A stretch of DNA of 63,831 bases, filler included, from Sluysia triapertura (GCA_046118255.1; 5 parts of 5 records of this genome joined end to end with filler, not necessarily neighbours in it), one strand, 5' to 3'; numbered from the whole stretch's first letter, positions 50,276 to 63,831 are shown. Translations and numbers: made by a program. The notes: generated by a model from the letters alone, not told the origin.

Positions 50276-52482
50276 TGGTGGTGACAATAGACAAAGATTA
50301 GTAAATTTATAACAAAAGAATAAAATTATAAAATAAATGCATAAATTTTCCTTTTTAGAAGATTAATACATGATCTTTTCTTTCTTTCTTTATTATATTA
50401 TTCTTACATATGATGAGACGAAAAAGATTAAATAATTTGATAAAAATGAGTGAAATAGCAATGCTAACATAGTGTATAATGCTGGAGTTTTCGTTGTTAT
50501 TTAACTACATAAGATTGAATTTTTAAAATTATATTTGATTTATCTTGAAATCCTGAAAGTTTTATCATGTTGAAAATGTATTTGAAGCTAAATTACTGAG
50601 TAAGAATTATTTTGAAGGATCGGATAAATATATTTAACTTTTAAAGATATGATAAATGAAGTGAATCGAAAATGAAATAAAGGATCTTTGAATAAGTTCT
50701 TAAGTATTAATTGAAGTTTAAAATTAAATAATAAGGTTTAGGTATTGAAATATTGTGGATAAAAGAGTTTACTGAGAAAATTGTGATTTAAGAAATCTAA
50801 GAGCAATTGGAATACAACTCTGTAAGGTGTTATGGAATGGTACCAAATGTAATTATGGTTTATATGTTGTAGATTTGTGCTTATGATTTGGTTTGTACAA
50901 ATAAACTATTGAATGAATATTATTAATTATTTGGTATTAATTGTTAAAGTGCAGTATAAAATAAGGGGTTCGAAAGTATTAAATGGATTATTTCGAATGA
51001 GTTTGTTGTTGGATTATTACGAATGTCAAGTAATGTTTCTGGTTAAATGATTAATATGAACTGGCAGTGTTGAATATAGTTGTGGTTTAGATGTTGTGGA
51101 ATTGTGAATATAATTTGATTTTTAAAGAGTATGTAATATATGGATGTATAATTGTTGGGATCTAGTGAAAAGAGAAGGAAAAAGCGGTAGTTCTTAAAAA
51201 AAATTTAGTGGTTATCAAGTTCGGTCACTACAATATTTATGATTATTATAGATTTTAATTTGTTTTTTGTAATTGTTAATAATTTCATTTTTTTATTATT
51301 ATTTTTTAGATTGTTTAAAATATATTAAAATGTTGTTGTTTTCGACTTTATTATTGACCTTTACTATTAGAAAAAGGCTTATCATTGTAGTAAATATTTT
51401 CTGTGATTTCTATCGTTAGTGTTATTATTATTAAGAATATTTTTTTGACATTTTAGTATAAGACCCAACGTGTGACGTACCTTTAACGTGTTACGTGTGA
51501 TACAAAGCACTGTTATTAAAAGAAGTTGTATACTAGACTATAAATATAGGTAAATTAGGATGATGTATTTTTATATTTGTTTGTATAATTCCAATTGTGA
51601 TATTAAATTGTGAATGGATTCTTTTAAAGAGATACAGATTTGTTCTTCACAAAACTAATTATCTCCAGATAATTTTCAGGCAATCTAAAGTCGGAAATTC
51701 ATTGGAAATTAATATTGAAATATCATTTTAGTAATTTGTCAGCATAAAACCGACTCTAAGAAAATAGTATGTGTAGTAGACATGCAAAATAATTAAATTG
51801 AATTCCTGACTATCTGACAATTATCCGTATACTATATAAAGCGCACAGTTTTTACATGAAACAACAACAAATAACAAAAAACGATAACGGTAACAAGCGA
51901 CAAAATAGTCAATATCCAAAGATCAGAACTATTAAAACAACTTCTTTCATTAAGGACGCTGGATTCAATTGAGTCTGAATTTTTTTCTTCAGTAATAATA
52001 TTAAAATAAAGATATGTTTAGTATAGAGTTAGGATTCATTTTGTTTTTATTATTATTTTATATTTTATTTTTGGTAACAACCTTTATGTTGTGTAACCCT
52101 GTGATTTTTAAAGAGTTAGACAATAATTTATTAAAGAATTTGATTTAAAGAATTATTTTAAATATATAAAAAGTTTGATTTATAAAACTATAATTGTGAT
52201 ATAAAGAAGTTGATTTATAAAATTATATTTGTCGTATAAAAAAGATTTGATGCTTATAATTGCTTTATAAGAATATATCGAGATTCAGTTTCATTTGATT
52301 TTTCGTTATTAAGGAGGGATATTAGTAATCAAAAAAAGAGAAGAAATGTTGGGATTACCCAACTGTAGATCAGAAGATGAGCTAGAAACATTTAGAATTA
52401 TTAGATGAAAGAAACAACAGATACAAAGTGATGCAATGAACATGATAAACACTGTTGGAATAAGAATCCTGAAAAATAAATC

Positions 52483-52842
52483 ATTTATAATAGTGTTTAC
52501 AGCTAAAGAATATCTTAAGGTTCCAAAGACCTATATAAGGTTTTGAGACCTTATGGAAACTTGAGATGGACTTGAAAAACCTTTATAAGCGTTATGATAC
52601 TTTTGAACTTGTAAATTTTTTAAGCATCTATAAGCATTTGAGATCCTTAAGTAAACATATAAAGTGTATAAAATATTTAAAATGATTGGGAAATAAAATC
52701 TTTGTTCAAAATTATAAAGGTAAGTTCATTGTAGTTATAATTAACATGAAGAAGTAGAAAAAGGAATCAGAGAGGTGAAGGTGAAAACATCTAGAGCATT
52801 CTGAATACCTTATAAATTACCAAACAACTTTAAAACCTTAAT
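52483..52842 (+). repeat. Direct copy of the 47767-48150 repeat (cut by the linker)
   Basis: Aligns with 47767-48150. Confidence 0.8.
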
Positions 52843-52942
52843 NNNNNNNNNNNNNNNNNNNNNNNNNNNNNNNNNNNNNNNNNNNNTTAATTAATTAANN
52901 NNNNNNNNNNNNNNNNNNNNNNNNNNNNNNNNNNNNNNNNNN
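52843..52942. other. Artificial assembly linker
   Basis: 44 N + TTAATTAATTAA + 44 N. Confidence 0.97.
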
Positions 52943-54171
52943 AGCTATTAAAACTAGATTGAAACCAAATTAGTAATCTTTTTGTACTTCAAACTAATTT
53001 TAATCATTGTATTTTATATCATTTAAATATATTCATTATTATATTCAATTACATTCTTTATTTACATATACATAATTACACATCTTCTATTTTATAAAAA
53101 TATTAAAATTCTATTTTCTTAAATAATTATAAAAATATTAAAATCATGTTTATGTTTTCCAATATTCTACTGTACTATATGTAGGATATATTTAGCACAT
53201 ATTTATTATCAAAAAATAAGTAACGTTAAAAATAATGTTACTTACAGTCTTTTTTTGACTGCTTCATCAGATTAGGATGCAGTTAAGAATTGGGAAATAT
53301 TTACTCACTACATTATCTAAATTTCAATTTAAATCAATCTACAGTTCTAAGTAACCATACATTTAGCATTAACTGGAACCTTATTACCACGAAGATTAGA
53401 AGCATGATGTTTTTCATATATTATTTTATGATAATATACTTATTATAAAACTCAATTTGTTTCAAGAGTTTCAATTTATTTAGTTTGTGTTCTCGGATAT
53501 ATTATTTAAATTAATACCTTAATAATTTTCCCTAAATCTCAGTAATTTCAAAATTATAATTCTGTATGAACTTTAGTTTCCTCTGTAGTTTAATTCTAGG
53601 ACTAATGTTTTGAGTGAGATAAACTCCTTTAATTTTTATAATCTTTTCGGTTGTTACTAAAACAAAATATTCTAAAGATTTTAATTATTAAAAGTCCAAT
53701 TATACATTTTTAATGTGTAGATTTCTTTTCATTAAAGACAACAAGATAATACTACAATTCGAAGATGTATTACCAAAAAAATATAAAATGGTTTAAAATA
53801 AATAACAAATTGTCCAAGATAATAAAAATAGTTTATTATTATTATTACTATAAATACTTCTAGTATCTTTAATGATTTTAAAAAATGTTTTTGTTTAGCC
53901 TAAACTAAACTTGTAATTCAAAATTTAGCGTAATATTTTGTATCTCCTAACGAAAATAGAACTTACCAAAAAAACTTACTGATAAATTTTTAAATCAACC
54001 ACAAATGAAAAATAAATTCAATCAAATATCGCCGGAACCAAATTAGAGAGTATCAGTTGGAATGAATACCAAAATTGTATAATAATTATAGATCGTTTAA
54101 CCAACAAAAGCAATTGATTAATTTCAATCATCTAGCATTTTAATTGACTCTATTTTATACCACCAGCAAGT

Positions 54172-54328
54172 AAGTGCCATTTAGAATAATAATAGTATAA
54201 TAGACTATATTAAAATTAAATTGTTAGACAGGGCTGAAAGCTCAACGGTAAGAGCACCGAACTGAATAGCTGTGAAACGAGAGACCCCTTGTTTGAATTG
54301 CGGTCAATCCATTTAATGAAGTCTAACA
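54172..54328 (+). mobile_element. tRNA-carrying TGTT element, 5'-truncated copy
   Basis: AAGTGCCAT...TTGTTAGACAGGGCTGAAAGCTCAACGGTAAGAGC...GGTCAATCCATTTAATGAAGTCTAACA; same 3' terminus as the 2841-2996 copy. Confidence 0.7.
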
Positions 54329-55364
54329 TTTCTCTAATTCAAGTTCTTTTGCACTATTTCTTAAAGTTTTATTTTCAAGTTATTTATAGTTACATTTGTA
54401 TTCCAATTTAAGATTTAATATTGATTTTTAATAATATTTATTATTAATTTTTTACTTATTAAATAGAAATAAACTCTTTAATGACTTTATAAATTAATAA
54501 ATCCTAATTCGTAATTATCAACAAAACATAAATTCCACTACATCACTAAAATGAATTTTAAATTGAATTTTATCAAAAAGATTTTGGTATTCAAAGTCCC
54601 TTTATGTTTCTATTAATATCGATTTTTATATTGAGTAAAACTTAAATTAAATGAAAAATTCAATATTGAAAACAATATAAAAAATTAACATTCTTTTAGA
54701 AATTCCTATTTATTATTATTATTGTTATAATAATAATTATTATTAAATTAATAGAGTTTCTTTTTAAGAATAAGACAAAAATTCATTTATTTTTCAAATG
54801 CAATGCAAAGAAAAACATCAATAATATTTAATAATTTGGTCTGCTAAAGAAAGTATTTTTTTGTCAGTCAATAATATCAATATCATTTAAAAATGGAAGA
54901 CATTTTGAAATATCCGAATGTTTTTTTTAAATAAAATTTTATTTACATTGTCTACATGAAGTTATTAATAATGAAAAATTAATTGATTATTTTGTTTTGT
55001 TTTTTTTACAAATTTGTTATTAAAATAACAAATATTATTTTATTAAATTTTCGAATTATTGCGAAAAAGCATCCGATTACATCATTAGAGTGTAGCTTGT
55101 TATAAGAATTAATTTTCATTATTATTCATTATTTCGTTTAATATTTTTAAAACTAGTTTGTATTCAATCTTCTGATTTTTTAATTACTAATGAGATTTCA
55201 AAATGATTTTCGTTTGCTTATAAAATTAATTTATGTATATTTATTCTAATAAATTAATTACTACGAATTTTCGTTCAAAATTATTAATAATTTAAATAAA
55301 AATGTGACTTGGTTTAATTTAAATCACAAATGAATGAAAGTTGGATGATAACTTACAAATATGG

Positions 55365-55800
55365 GGAATATGTACCCATATTGTCTATACACGTCCCATT
55401 TAAGCAGTAAGTTGTTCAAGACGATGGTATTCAAGAAAGTCAATGAATTCCTGGAAGGTCAGTTTTACAAGATTACATTAATTAATTTGTTTTCCTAGTA
55501 AAAAGTTGTCCAAATTGAAAAAGTGGTAGTCAGTGGAGGATGATGATGGGGTGCCAACTCGAATTCTTGTCATTTTGCAACAGTCATTTATGCATTGTGT
55601 TTGGTTTACAAATCAACGCTGTTTTTCGTCCCAATTTGTTGCAGTATATTTCTCTTACACCAGATCACCACTAACCGTAATTTCTTTTGATGAATACTGA
55701 GCTTTGGAGCCTGTTTTTGGTAATTTATCTTTGTCCAACTATTGTGCTGAATGTTTGTGATTGTCATATTGGATTCATTTCTTATCACAAATAACTGTTA
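55365..55800 (-). mobile_element. mariner transposase catalytic-domain remnant
   Basis: Minus strand VICDKK*IQYDN (TCDEKW motif), IHQKKLRLVVIW, HPP..TDYHFF..LDNFLLGK and CIDNMGTY; stops and frameshifts present. Confidence 0.8.
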
Positions 55801-55949
55801 GGCAAAATTATGGGGATCACAAAAATGTTTGTGAAAATCAACATTGTTCTAAAAGCTGACACAAAAGTATGTTAAGATACAAAAAGCTTAAGCAAACGTA
55901 AAGGAGAAAGGAAACAAAATTTATATTTTATTTTTAAAATTACAAAAAA

Positions 55950-58900
55950 AATTGGAAATGGAAAATACATGTCGAAAGGTAAGAGGAAAATTGTTGTCGA
56001 ATTATAAATAAATAAAGAAAGAAACTATTGAGTGTGTTTTTATTATTACAAAGCATGGACAAAATAAAACGAAACACCCAGAAGGAGAAGAAAACATTTT
56101 GTACAAATTAGGGATGCCCGAAAAATGAATTCCAAGATAAAAGAGGAGAAAATATATATACAATATATACTGCATCAAATAACACTCAAAGAAAAAAGAG
56201 TACCCAAACAGTATACACTGGATTGGGAATTCTGCAGAAGAATGCTCCAAAATGAAATTCTGATAGAACTAAGATAGTAATAGATGACCAGTATTCAAGT
56301 GGGATTCTGGAGATAAAGAACTTTGTAAATGTTAAAGGACGGCCAAGGACAGCTTGATACACTGGCGCGCCATCTCAGTGATATCAGCTTTGCGAAACGT
56401 AACTTTTTTAAGAGAATGTCATTTTCGAGATCCCATGAACCGAGTGCAAAAACTACAAAGGTATCAAGGGAAACCTGACATTTAAGTTCCAACTGGAGTT
56501 TCTCCCTAAGATCAGAGTACTTAGCAATATTAATAGACCTGGCCGCTATAAATTTGTCATATTCATCGATGGGTGATTTGACATCAATGAGAAAGAATTG
56601 GGATGAATTGGTGCCCTGCGCCTGAATGCCGGGTCTTCGGTAATCATCAGTAAGAGGAGTTTGCGTGTCTTTTGTATAAGTTTACTAGAGAGGCCTTCTA
56701 GTATCTTATTATGTCTCACTCTACGACCCGTAACATTGTAATGAAACAGGCATAAGACATGGGTAATAGTTTCAAGTTCAAAGCCGCACCAGCGACAAGT
56801 GATAGGAAGATGAAGCCTAATATTTTGTGGGCAGAAATTGAGTTTGAGAATATTATTTCTGGTTTTAATATAACAGATTTAATATAACCTCACTGTTTCC
56901 AAGGATGTCGCACTTAATTTGGTCCTGGAAATGAAGAAAGGAGACAGAAATTTGATATTTACGTTGCAGATTGAGGATAGACCGTCGAATTTTGATCCAC
57001 AAAGTTTGGTGACATGCGCGCCTATCAGATTTACTCCATTCAACCATAATAGAGCATCAGATAGATTTTCGACTTTAGTCAGTCTATCAATAGCAACTCG
57101 GACAATTTCATGAAAGAAAGGGATACGGATAAAGTCGATACGACTATTGAAAAGTCGGAAAGCGCAAACTATATTCTGGCACATGTAGTCGTCGTAGGAA
57201 GAGATCAAACCTAAACCCCCGTGATTTTTGAGCGCAAAGAAGAAGGCATTGTTAAGAGGGAAATTTTTCAAACCTAAGAATGCCCTGAAGAGATGTTTGA
57301 TTTTCTTATCATACCCGACAGATTGTCTGGCGTGAGGACTGCAAAGGGTTTGAGTGTTTATATGAAATGGTAAGCGCGAGTGGATGAAGTTGCGAAACGA
57401 GAGGGATTTCTTTGACAACATAGAGTAGAATCTTTCACTTTCTCCGCGAGCGCTAAGTTTTCTTCAAGGAGATCATTTATATTGCGTTTTTCTAATTCAC
57501 CAAAATGAACTCCTGGATACATTGTATTGTCACTATTCTTCATATTGATAATGGGAATGTTATCAATGTGAAGAAAAAGATTGGAGTTGGTGTCCAGAAT
57601 ATTGTGAATGTAAAACATTTGCTAGGGCTGAAGATCAAATTAGCAAACTTTGAATGCTCAACAACTTAATTAAGCATGCGCTGAAAGTCCCTCTATGAGG
57701 TAGAAATTAGTGCAATGTCATCCGCATAAGCTAGATAAGGAGGAAATGACATTCCACTACTTGAAATGTAATCCTCCCGAGAGTTGGTGAATTTGTTAAC
57801 AGAAAGTCGATTGCCAAGCAGAGAGGGTAATAGAGAGAGGCAGTCTTGTTTTACCCCGCATTTGATAGGCACTGGTTCAGTAATAAGATTCTCACAATTG
57901 CACGAATTGCTGCTATCTTTGTAAAAATCCCTAAGAAGATTGAGTGTGTGCTGGTTCAGCCAAATAAGTTGGTGGTGAAAAGAACCGAAAAATCGAGGAA
58001 AATTACATGGAGTTCAATTTTCTTCGATTTCCTATGATTAAGGGATGCAATAATTTCTTGAAGTGAGTGTAATATAAAATTGTGCTCAGGGCAACCATCA
58101 GATCGAAGAACCGCTTGGTATGTGCTGATAAGGTTGCCGGCATGTATCCAGTAGAGAAAGCAGTCATTAAGGATTTTTGTGAAGACTCTATATGTCGCAT
58201 CGAGTATTGCAATAGCTCACCACGAAGAAACTTCCTGCGCTAAGTGGAACTTATAAGGTTTGATGATAAGTAAAGTGGTAAAAGTTTTCCAAGTCTGTGT
58301 CAGTTTTTCAATGGAGAGGATTTTATTATAAAGGAGATACAAAAACTGTCCAAATGGATCAACATTGTTAATTTGTTCGAACGTGATTTTTTATCGGACC
58401 CTGGAGCAGAATTCTTACAAAACTTCAAGATAGCCATAATCTCTGGTTCCGTGATAAAGTCATGAGTGTAAATGTCTAAGAAGTATGGCAGCATACCAAT
58501 TTCTGAAGGATCAAAGGAGGGAAAAGTGCCACAACTGTAATAGTTACAGAACTCGGACCCAGAAGTAGTAATTGAGGGTAAGCAGTACCGATGATAATTT
58601 GAAACGCCTTAGTTTGATTCTGCTGAAAGATTTTATCTATATCCTGCTGAACTTCCTTATTGCCATTTTGTGACTTTTCAAATTGAGAAAGGATGTTGGG
58701 AAAATTGGAGGAAACAATATATGCACCAAGTCACAAAATTCGGAAAAGATTTCATCGACAGAAAGTTCATCCTTACATATTTTGTTACAAAGTGATTGAA
58801 GAGATCGATGAGGGTGGAAGTTTCAGAGAATGGGCAGCGACATTATAGAGTATTTCCCTTGTGGTGTCGATATCAAGTTGGAAAACATCATAATGTCAGG

Positions 58901-60880
58901 ATTACGTTTATAGTGTAAAGTAATATCACAAATAAAGGGACCGAAATCTGTGGCACCAATTTATGTTGGATATGGAATAAGTTTATGAGCGAACCATTGC
59001 TCATAAACAATGCATGCGACCATGACGTTTTTAATGAAGTCACATAATAAGTAGAGGTGACACGGAGAAGTATTCAAAGAATAAACAGTAGAAATTGTTC
59101 TCCCTATTGAATATGAGGAGGATCCAATGGTTCTGAATATTCAGTACCTATAAGAAGTGTTCCCTTTAAGGTTGTGTTTTTTAACTTGGTGGCCCTTGAG
59201 ACTACCACGGTCATTGGGATGGAGTTTTTGGGTAATCCCACAGGAATTACAACGGACTGTAGGGGAGGATACTATGTATACATCCTCTGGAATGAGCGAT
59301 AGTGCAGCCGATTTCTTGCCTGCTCCACGAATGTTATTGTTAAGAACATTCGTCGCAGGTCTTAATGGCGCCGCAGGTGCATTTCACTTTTAATTCACTG
59401 AAGGGGATAGTGAATTCGTATTGGTTACGGAAATGCCAGAGTAGTTCCTTGCAGTCGGAACGGATTTTCATAGTTAGTTCCTTCATGGTACAATTCACTA
59501 GGGAACAACTGACATAGCTCTTAGGGGTGATAATAATGTGAGAATCATTATCAAACTTGATGCAGTCGCTCAGGTCAATAGTATTCTCCACAGACGTAGT
59601 GACAGAAGGAACGTCGTCAGCAACAGTATCAGCAGTATGATAAAGATCCACAGTCAAGATGAATGCCATCAGAAGCTTGTGATAATGCAGGAGAGGAGGT
59701 CTCTAAGCAAGGGGCAGTAACAGGAGGTGCAGAGTTGGCCACAGGTGGACTATCAACGTCCTTAACATTAGGGTTAGGGATGGCTACGTCGGTGACAGCT
59801 GGAATTTCCAGAGGATTCTCAGGAGAGGCGACTGATTAATCAGTGTGGATACGTTATTAATAGGCCGAGGTTCTGTGTTATTTAATTTTACACAGAAAAA
59901 TGGGTTTCCATCGATGGTAAGTATGATGTTGTTAGTGGAGAACCCTTTTGTTACATAGATTGGGGATTTCGGCACCTTCATAGCTGGGTTGATAACAAGA
60001 TTCAGTGTGACATAGTGGAATTGTATTTTCATCCAGCCATTTTTTGAAAAAATATCGCGACTTTTAGGATTGGATGTTTCGGCATATTTAGGGGGTGCTA
60101 TATTAAAGCGATTTTCGTTACTCTTAGGGTTAGGCGGCTTAGGTGCGGAGGATGTTTTCTTAATAATAAGGGGTTTAATAAGCCGAGGATATGAGATTTT
60201 GACATGTGTACATTTTGGGGCAGCGTTAGTCCCCTTAACTATTTGGGCGAATGTGTACTTAACATTGGTCCATTGAGGGACTATTGCTCTTGGCGGAGGT
60301 TGAAGGCAGTCCTTCTTAGGTGGGACGAGATGGTGGACTTCAGACGCATTTTTCTTCTTCTGTGGGCCAAACCGACTCAGGCCTCAGAAAGCAACGAATT
60401 GCATATGGATCGGCGCAAAGCGAGGGCCTCAAGATCTCCGCAAAGCATCACTCTACAGTCATAAGAATTGTTCTGGAGCTTAAAAGGAAAGATGATTTTG
60501 GGAGAAACGTGATGCCATTGATATCAAGAAGGGAACAAAGCGCTGAGAAAGCCCTTTCCCTATCGCATTGGTAGCTGGATTGCTTTTGGGGCATAGAGGG
60601 TCAATGACGTCTGAAGATCCATCATTGACGTCAGTGATAAGTAAAGAAAAATGAGATCTGATGTAGATTACTGCACACATCGTAGGGAAGCCCGGGATGT
60701 ATTCAAAATGGAACTTTTGAAAAGAATGGGGTTCTTATAGTAAGTGCCACACATGAAAGTAACAAGAGCGATATCTATTTCATCTTCATAGAGCCAAAGG
60801 TCCTTATTACTATGACCAGCCCTTAGGTGTTTTTGTGACGTGGGAGGAAGGAGATGGTACGACAACGACAACAACAACAG
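55950..60880 (-). mobile_element. Decayed NeSL-clade (RLE) non-LTR retrotransposon: Ulp1 protease - RT - CCHC - restriction-like endonuclease
   Basis: WLYEDEID/SHFSL/QNNSYDC (C48 protease, about 60455-60800); LAYADDIAL (YADD 57717-57728); GGLGL thumb region; CRWC...THVLC; RPG...IDVK...KY and FALGSW..END (56295-56800). Many stops and shifts. Confidence 0.88.
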
Positions 60881-60900
60881 AATAAAGAAGATAAAAATGA

Positions 60901-61858
60901 TTAAAATATTTGGACTATATGAAAGAAAAATATATCATGCACACATTTACAGCTCAGACATACACAGTAAAAAGGTCGGATCAAGCGGAGTAAAAATAAT
61001 AAAATAACGTTAGCAGCAGCAGGAAAGGATCTTCGTGGGTCTAGGCCAAGACCCCTGCAACAGAGTACTCGAACAGCCGACCTATCCTCGGTCCATTTTT
61101 TGCTAACAACAGTTGAAGATCCATCTTCGGATTCCAAAAATGCAGAAACACTGGTAAAACTATGTGTGTCATCCGCAATACCATCTTCATTCCATTCAGA
61201 AGCAACTGAAACAGAGCGATTACTCTCTGGCAACCACGAACAGCGAAGTCTCCATCGCCATGTTGAAGTTGCAGCAGCAGGATCCGTATTATCATCACCT
61301 TCCCTTCGGGGTGAGGTATTAACAGCATCATATGTATTATTATCTTCCTCATCAGTATCATTATCTTCATCTTCATCGTCTTCTTCGTCATTGTTATATT
61401 CCTCATAAACTGGATGTTTATCTTTATAATCACCTTCTTCTTCATCATCTTCTTGATCATCATTACCTTCTTCTTCATCAACTTCTTGATCATCATCGCC
61501 TTCTAATTCATCCCCACCAATATCTTCTTCACGAGCAGCTGGACATTCATTATCTTTTTCGTCATCTTCTTCAGGTTCAACATTTCCATCATCTATCACC
61601 GAACATTGTTGTCGTATTTATCATTGCTTCACAAGGATTAAGCACAGAAATGAATCTGGTGCCTAGTACAAGTGAGAAGCAACTTGCATCATTTTCTTTT
61701 AATATGTCATTGTTGCAGGTACCATCCATCCATATTGACCTGGAAGGCAACTCGGGATGATCGTGGAGGAGGTACCTCAACCAACAATCTGACAATATGC
61801 GGCAAAGTGCCTCCAAAAAACCGACATCAAAGAGAAGTTCTTTCATGTGCATTAGCAT
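60901..61858 (-). CDS. Asp/Glu-rich ORF(s) upstream of the retroelement; possibly its 5' ORF
   Basis: 232-aa highly acidic ORF joined by a frameshift to an 89-aa ORF; same strand and GC level as the element. Confidence 0.4.
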
Positions 61859-61949
61859 TCTCTATCCACTGGGCTATCAGCCCAGTCTAACAATTTTAGA
61901 TTATTATAGTCAATTATACTAAATGACACTTTAAGTCTGTATCCCAACA
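61815..61949 (-). mobile_element. tRNA-carrying TGTT element, copy abutting the NeSL-like region
   Basis: Minus strand TGTTGGGATACAGACTTAAAGTGTCATTTAGTATAATTGACTATAATAATCTAAAATTGTTAGACTGGGCTGATAGCCCAGTGGATAGAG; the 3' part is lost or degenerate. Confidence 0.72.
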
Positions 61950-62779
61950 GATACAAAAATATTTGTGACTAGAAAGTTTCCAGAAATTTTTCATGAAGTT
62001 CATATGAAACTCACTTATTCAAAATTTTCTCTTTAAATGAGTTAATTCATTGGCAATCTGAGATGGATTAGATGGGTCGTCATTCTGAGCAACCGTGTGG
62101 CTCATTTGGGAGGCTAATGTTTCCTGTATGAAAAGATTCTTAATATATCTTGAATAAAACATTGTCTTTCTACGAAATTTATGCGATAAATTTCTTCCAA
62201 AGATAATTAAACTCTGGAGTTGTCTCTCAAAATTTCTTTCTGTATTCTACTGCTGTAGAATCATATTGGATAATTTCTGGTTTAAACGCCATTTAGCATG
62301 AGAATTTGCATCCTAAGTTTATTTCTTTTCTTCTTACATTAATACAATTTCTTTATCCGTTTCATCTTTGATTCAGAAATAGGTTGTAATAAAGAATTGA
62401 AAGGAGATAATAGAAAAGGAAAGTTTAAGAAAGAGTTATATAGGAGGTTAAGAAGGAATGAATATGAATAAGGGAAAGAGTTATAAGAGAAATTTAGTGA
62501 AATTGAAGGTGTTTAATGGAAATTTCATTTAGTTTAATTTTTATTTTGAATTTTAAAATATGAATTTATTAAGTTTATATGCAATGAATAAATTAAGATG
62601 TTGTGTAAATATATTTTCTTGGTGTGATGAAAACTTCGTGTAGCGGTGCTGGTCACCACAGTTCAACCTAATTTTTTAAAAATTTTCTTCACACAAATTA
62701 ACAAAACATCACTCATCACAAACATACAATCACAAAACCAACTTCAAAAAGCTTAAAGTTAAATTTAAGAGTGTTAAAG

Positions 62780-63490
62780 ATATCAATGAAGCAGTATCGG
62801 CATTAATTAAAACAAAAAACCTATAAGTTTTCAAACTGATTTGAGTAAACAGTACTAGAAAAACGTGACATTAATAATTATTCAGTGTTTAGTCAGTAAA
62901 AGATAACATTTAATTAACGACTTAATTGTACTATGTGAGATAGATTAAAAAATTTTTACAAAATATTACTAAAATGGATTGATGAATTACCTATTGTAAT
63001 TGATGCATATAATCACAGTAAACACAGAGAACTTTATGTACTTAAAATTAAATATTAAATCAAATAATTTCAAGAAAATATTGTACAAAATAAACAAAAC
63101 ATTAAGCTACGTAAGAATATCAAAAATTTCAACTTCACTTTAAAAAATTATTAGTAATAATGATAATTTTATTAACAATGATAATAATAATAATTAATAA
63201 TAATAATGCTTTCAATTCATGAAATTTGTACAAGAAAAATCCTCTAAATTATGTATAAACAGGTGACCATGGCGAGGCAGTACTTCGAAATTTTTATTAT
63301 GAATTACTTTTATTAGAAAAACCAATAATTTATCTTATTAAATAAAATTAAGAAACTAAAAGTATATGAAAAAAGAAACGATATTTGTTAAATTAGTTGG
63401 TAGAAAAAACTGAAGATACTTGAATCTAAATTATTATTTATTTATTATTATCAAATGATTATTGAAACTTGGTTACTTGGTTAAAACCTA
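62780..63490 (+). mobile_element. Maverick/Polinton- or Ginger-type retroviral-like integrase remnant
   Basis: FQTDLSKQY (QTDxGxEF-like, about 62829), KWIDELPIVIDAYNHSKHR (62972-63028) and a GDH motif (about 63262); heavily decayed. Confidence 0.6.
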
Positions 63491-63770
63491 TTCGGATTAT
63501 GTTATTGAATTACAAGGATTTGCAGATGAAATCATGTGGATCTAAAATTAAATTAGTAATACGATTAAATTAATAATAACGATTAATTTAATTAAAAATA
63601 TGAATTAATAATAAAAATTATTAATAGAATCAATAACTGAAAATTAAAAATAAATCAATAAATAAATAATAATAATTTAAACTAAACAATATTTCATTAA
63701 CTGTAAACATAATATATAATTCATTTAAAATAATATTTAATAAATGGAGATTATTATTGTTAGTTTTATT

Positions 63771-63774
<4 letters not shown>

Positions 63775-63826
<52 letters not shown>
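63775..63826. repeat. (ATT)n microsatellite at the window end
   Basis: Read directly. Confidence 0.95.
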
Positions 63827-63831
63827 GCTAT

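Noticed and set aside
53215-53282. Hammerhead-like CTGATGA plus hairpin on the minus strand
   Set aside because: No GAAA after stem II and no stem I. Other CTGATGA sites (e.g. near 33826) also fail.
59768-59779. TTAGGG x2 telomere-like repeat (partial again near 60124)
   Set aside because: Only two units, inside Pro-rich retroelement coding sequence.
61041-61760. Met/Lys-, Ser- and His-rich overlapping ORFs
   Set aside because: Alternative-frame or antisense shadows of the acidic repeat ORF.

Overview
Very AT-rich (roughly three-quarters A+T by eye), repeat-dense eukaryotic DNA, almost certainly from an invertebrate animal; the species cannot be fixed from the sequence alone. Four artificial 100-bp linkers (44 N + TTAATTAATTAA + 44 N) split the window into five segments that may not be neighbours in the genome, and there is one plain 132-N gap. 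Recognisable host genes: an intact intronless ERp29, the first two exons of an SLC38A7/8-like amino-acid transporter, two CXC exons of a LIN54/tesmin-like gene, and a multi-exon Thr-rich mucin-like gene. Mobile DNA: a decayed NeSL-clade non-LTR retrotransposon (Ulp1 protease + RT + restriction-like endonuclease), mariner and IS630/Tc1 remnants, a Maverick/Ginger-type integrase remnant, and hAT (Buster) and piggyBac MITEs. The most unusual signals are: (i) a ~156-bp TGTT...AACA element with a 4-bp TSD that carries a tRNA-like Pol III unit internally (5 copies; a possible tRNA analogue of Cassandra LTRs); (ii) a dispersed family of bulged stem-loops whose pairing is kept while the sequence diverges; (iii) a repeated element carrying a complete HSE-CCAAT-TATA heat-shock promoter; (iv) a family of orphan intronless ORFs preceded by a shared palindromic promoter. 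All alignments were done by eye, and the boundaries of decayed elements are approximate.
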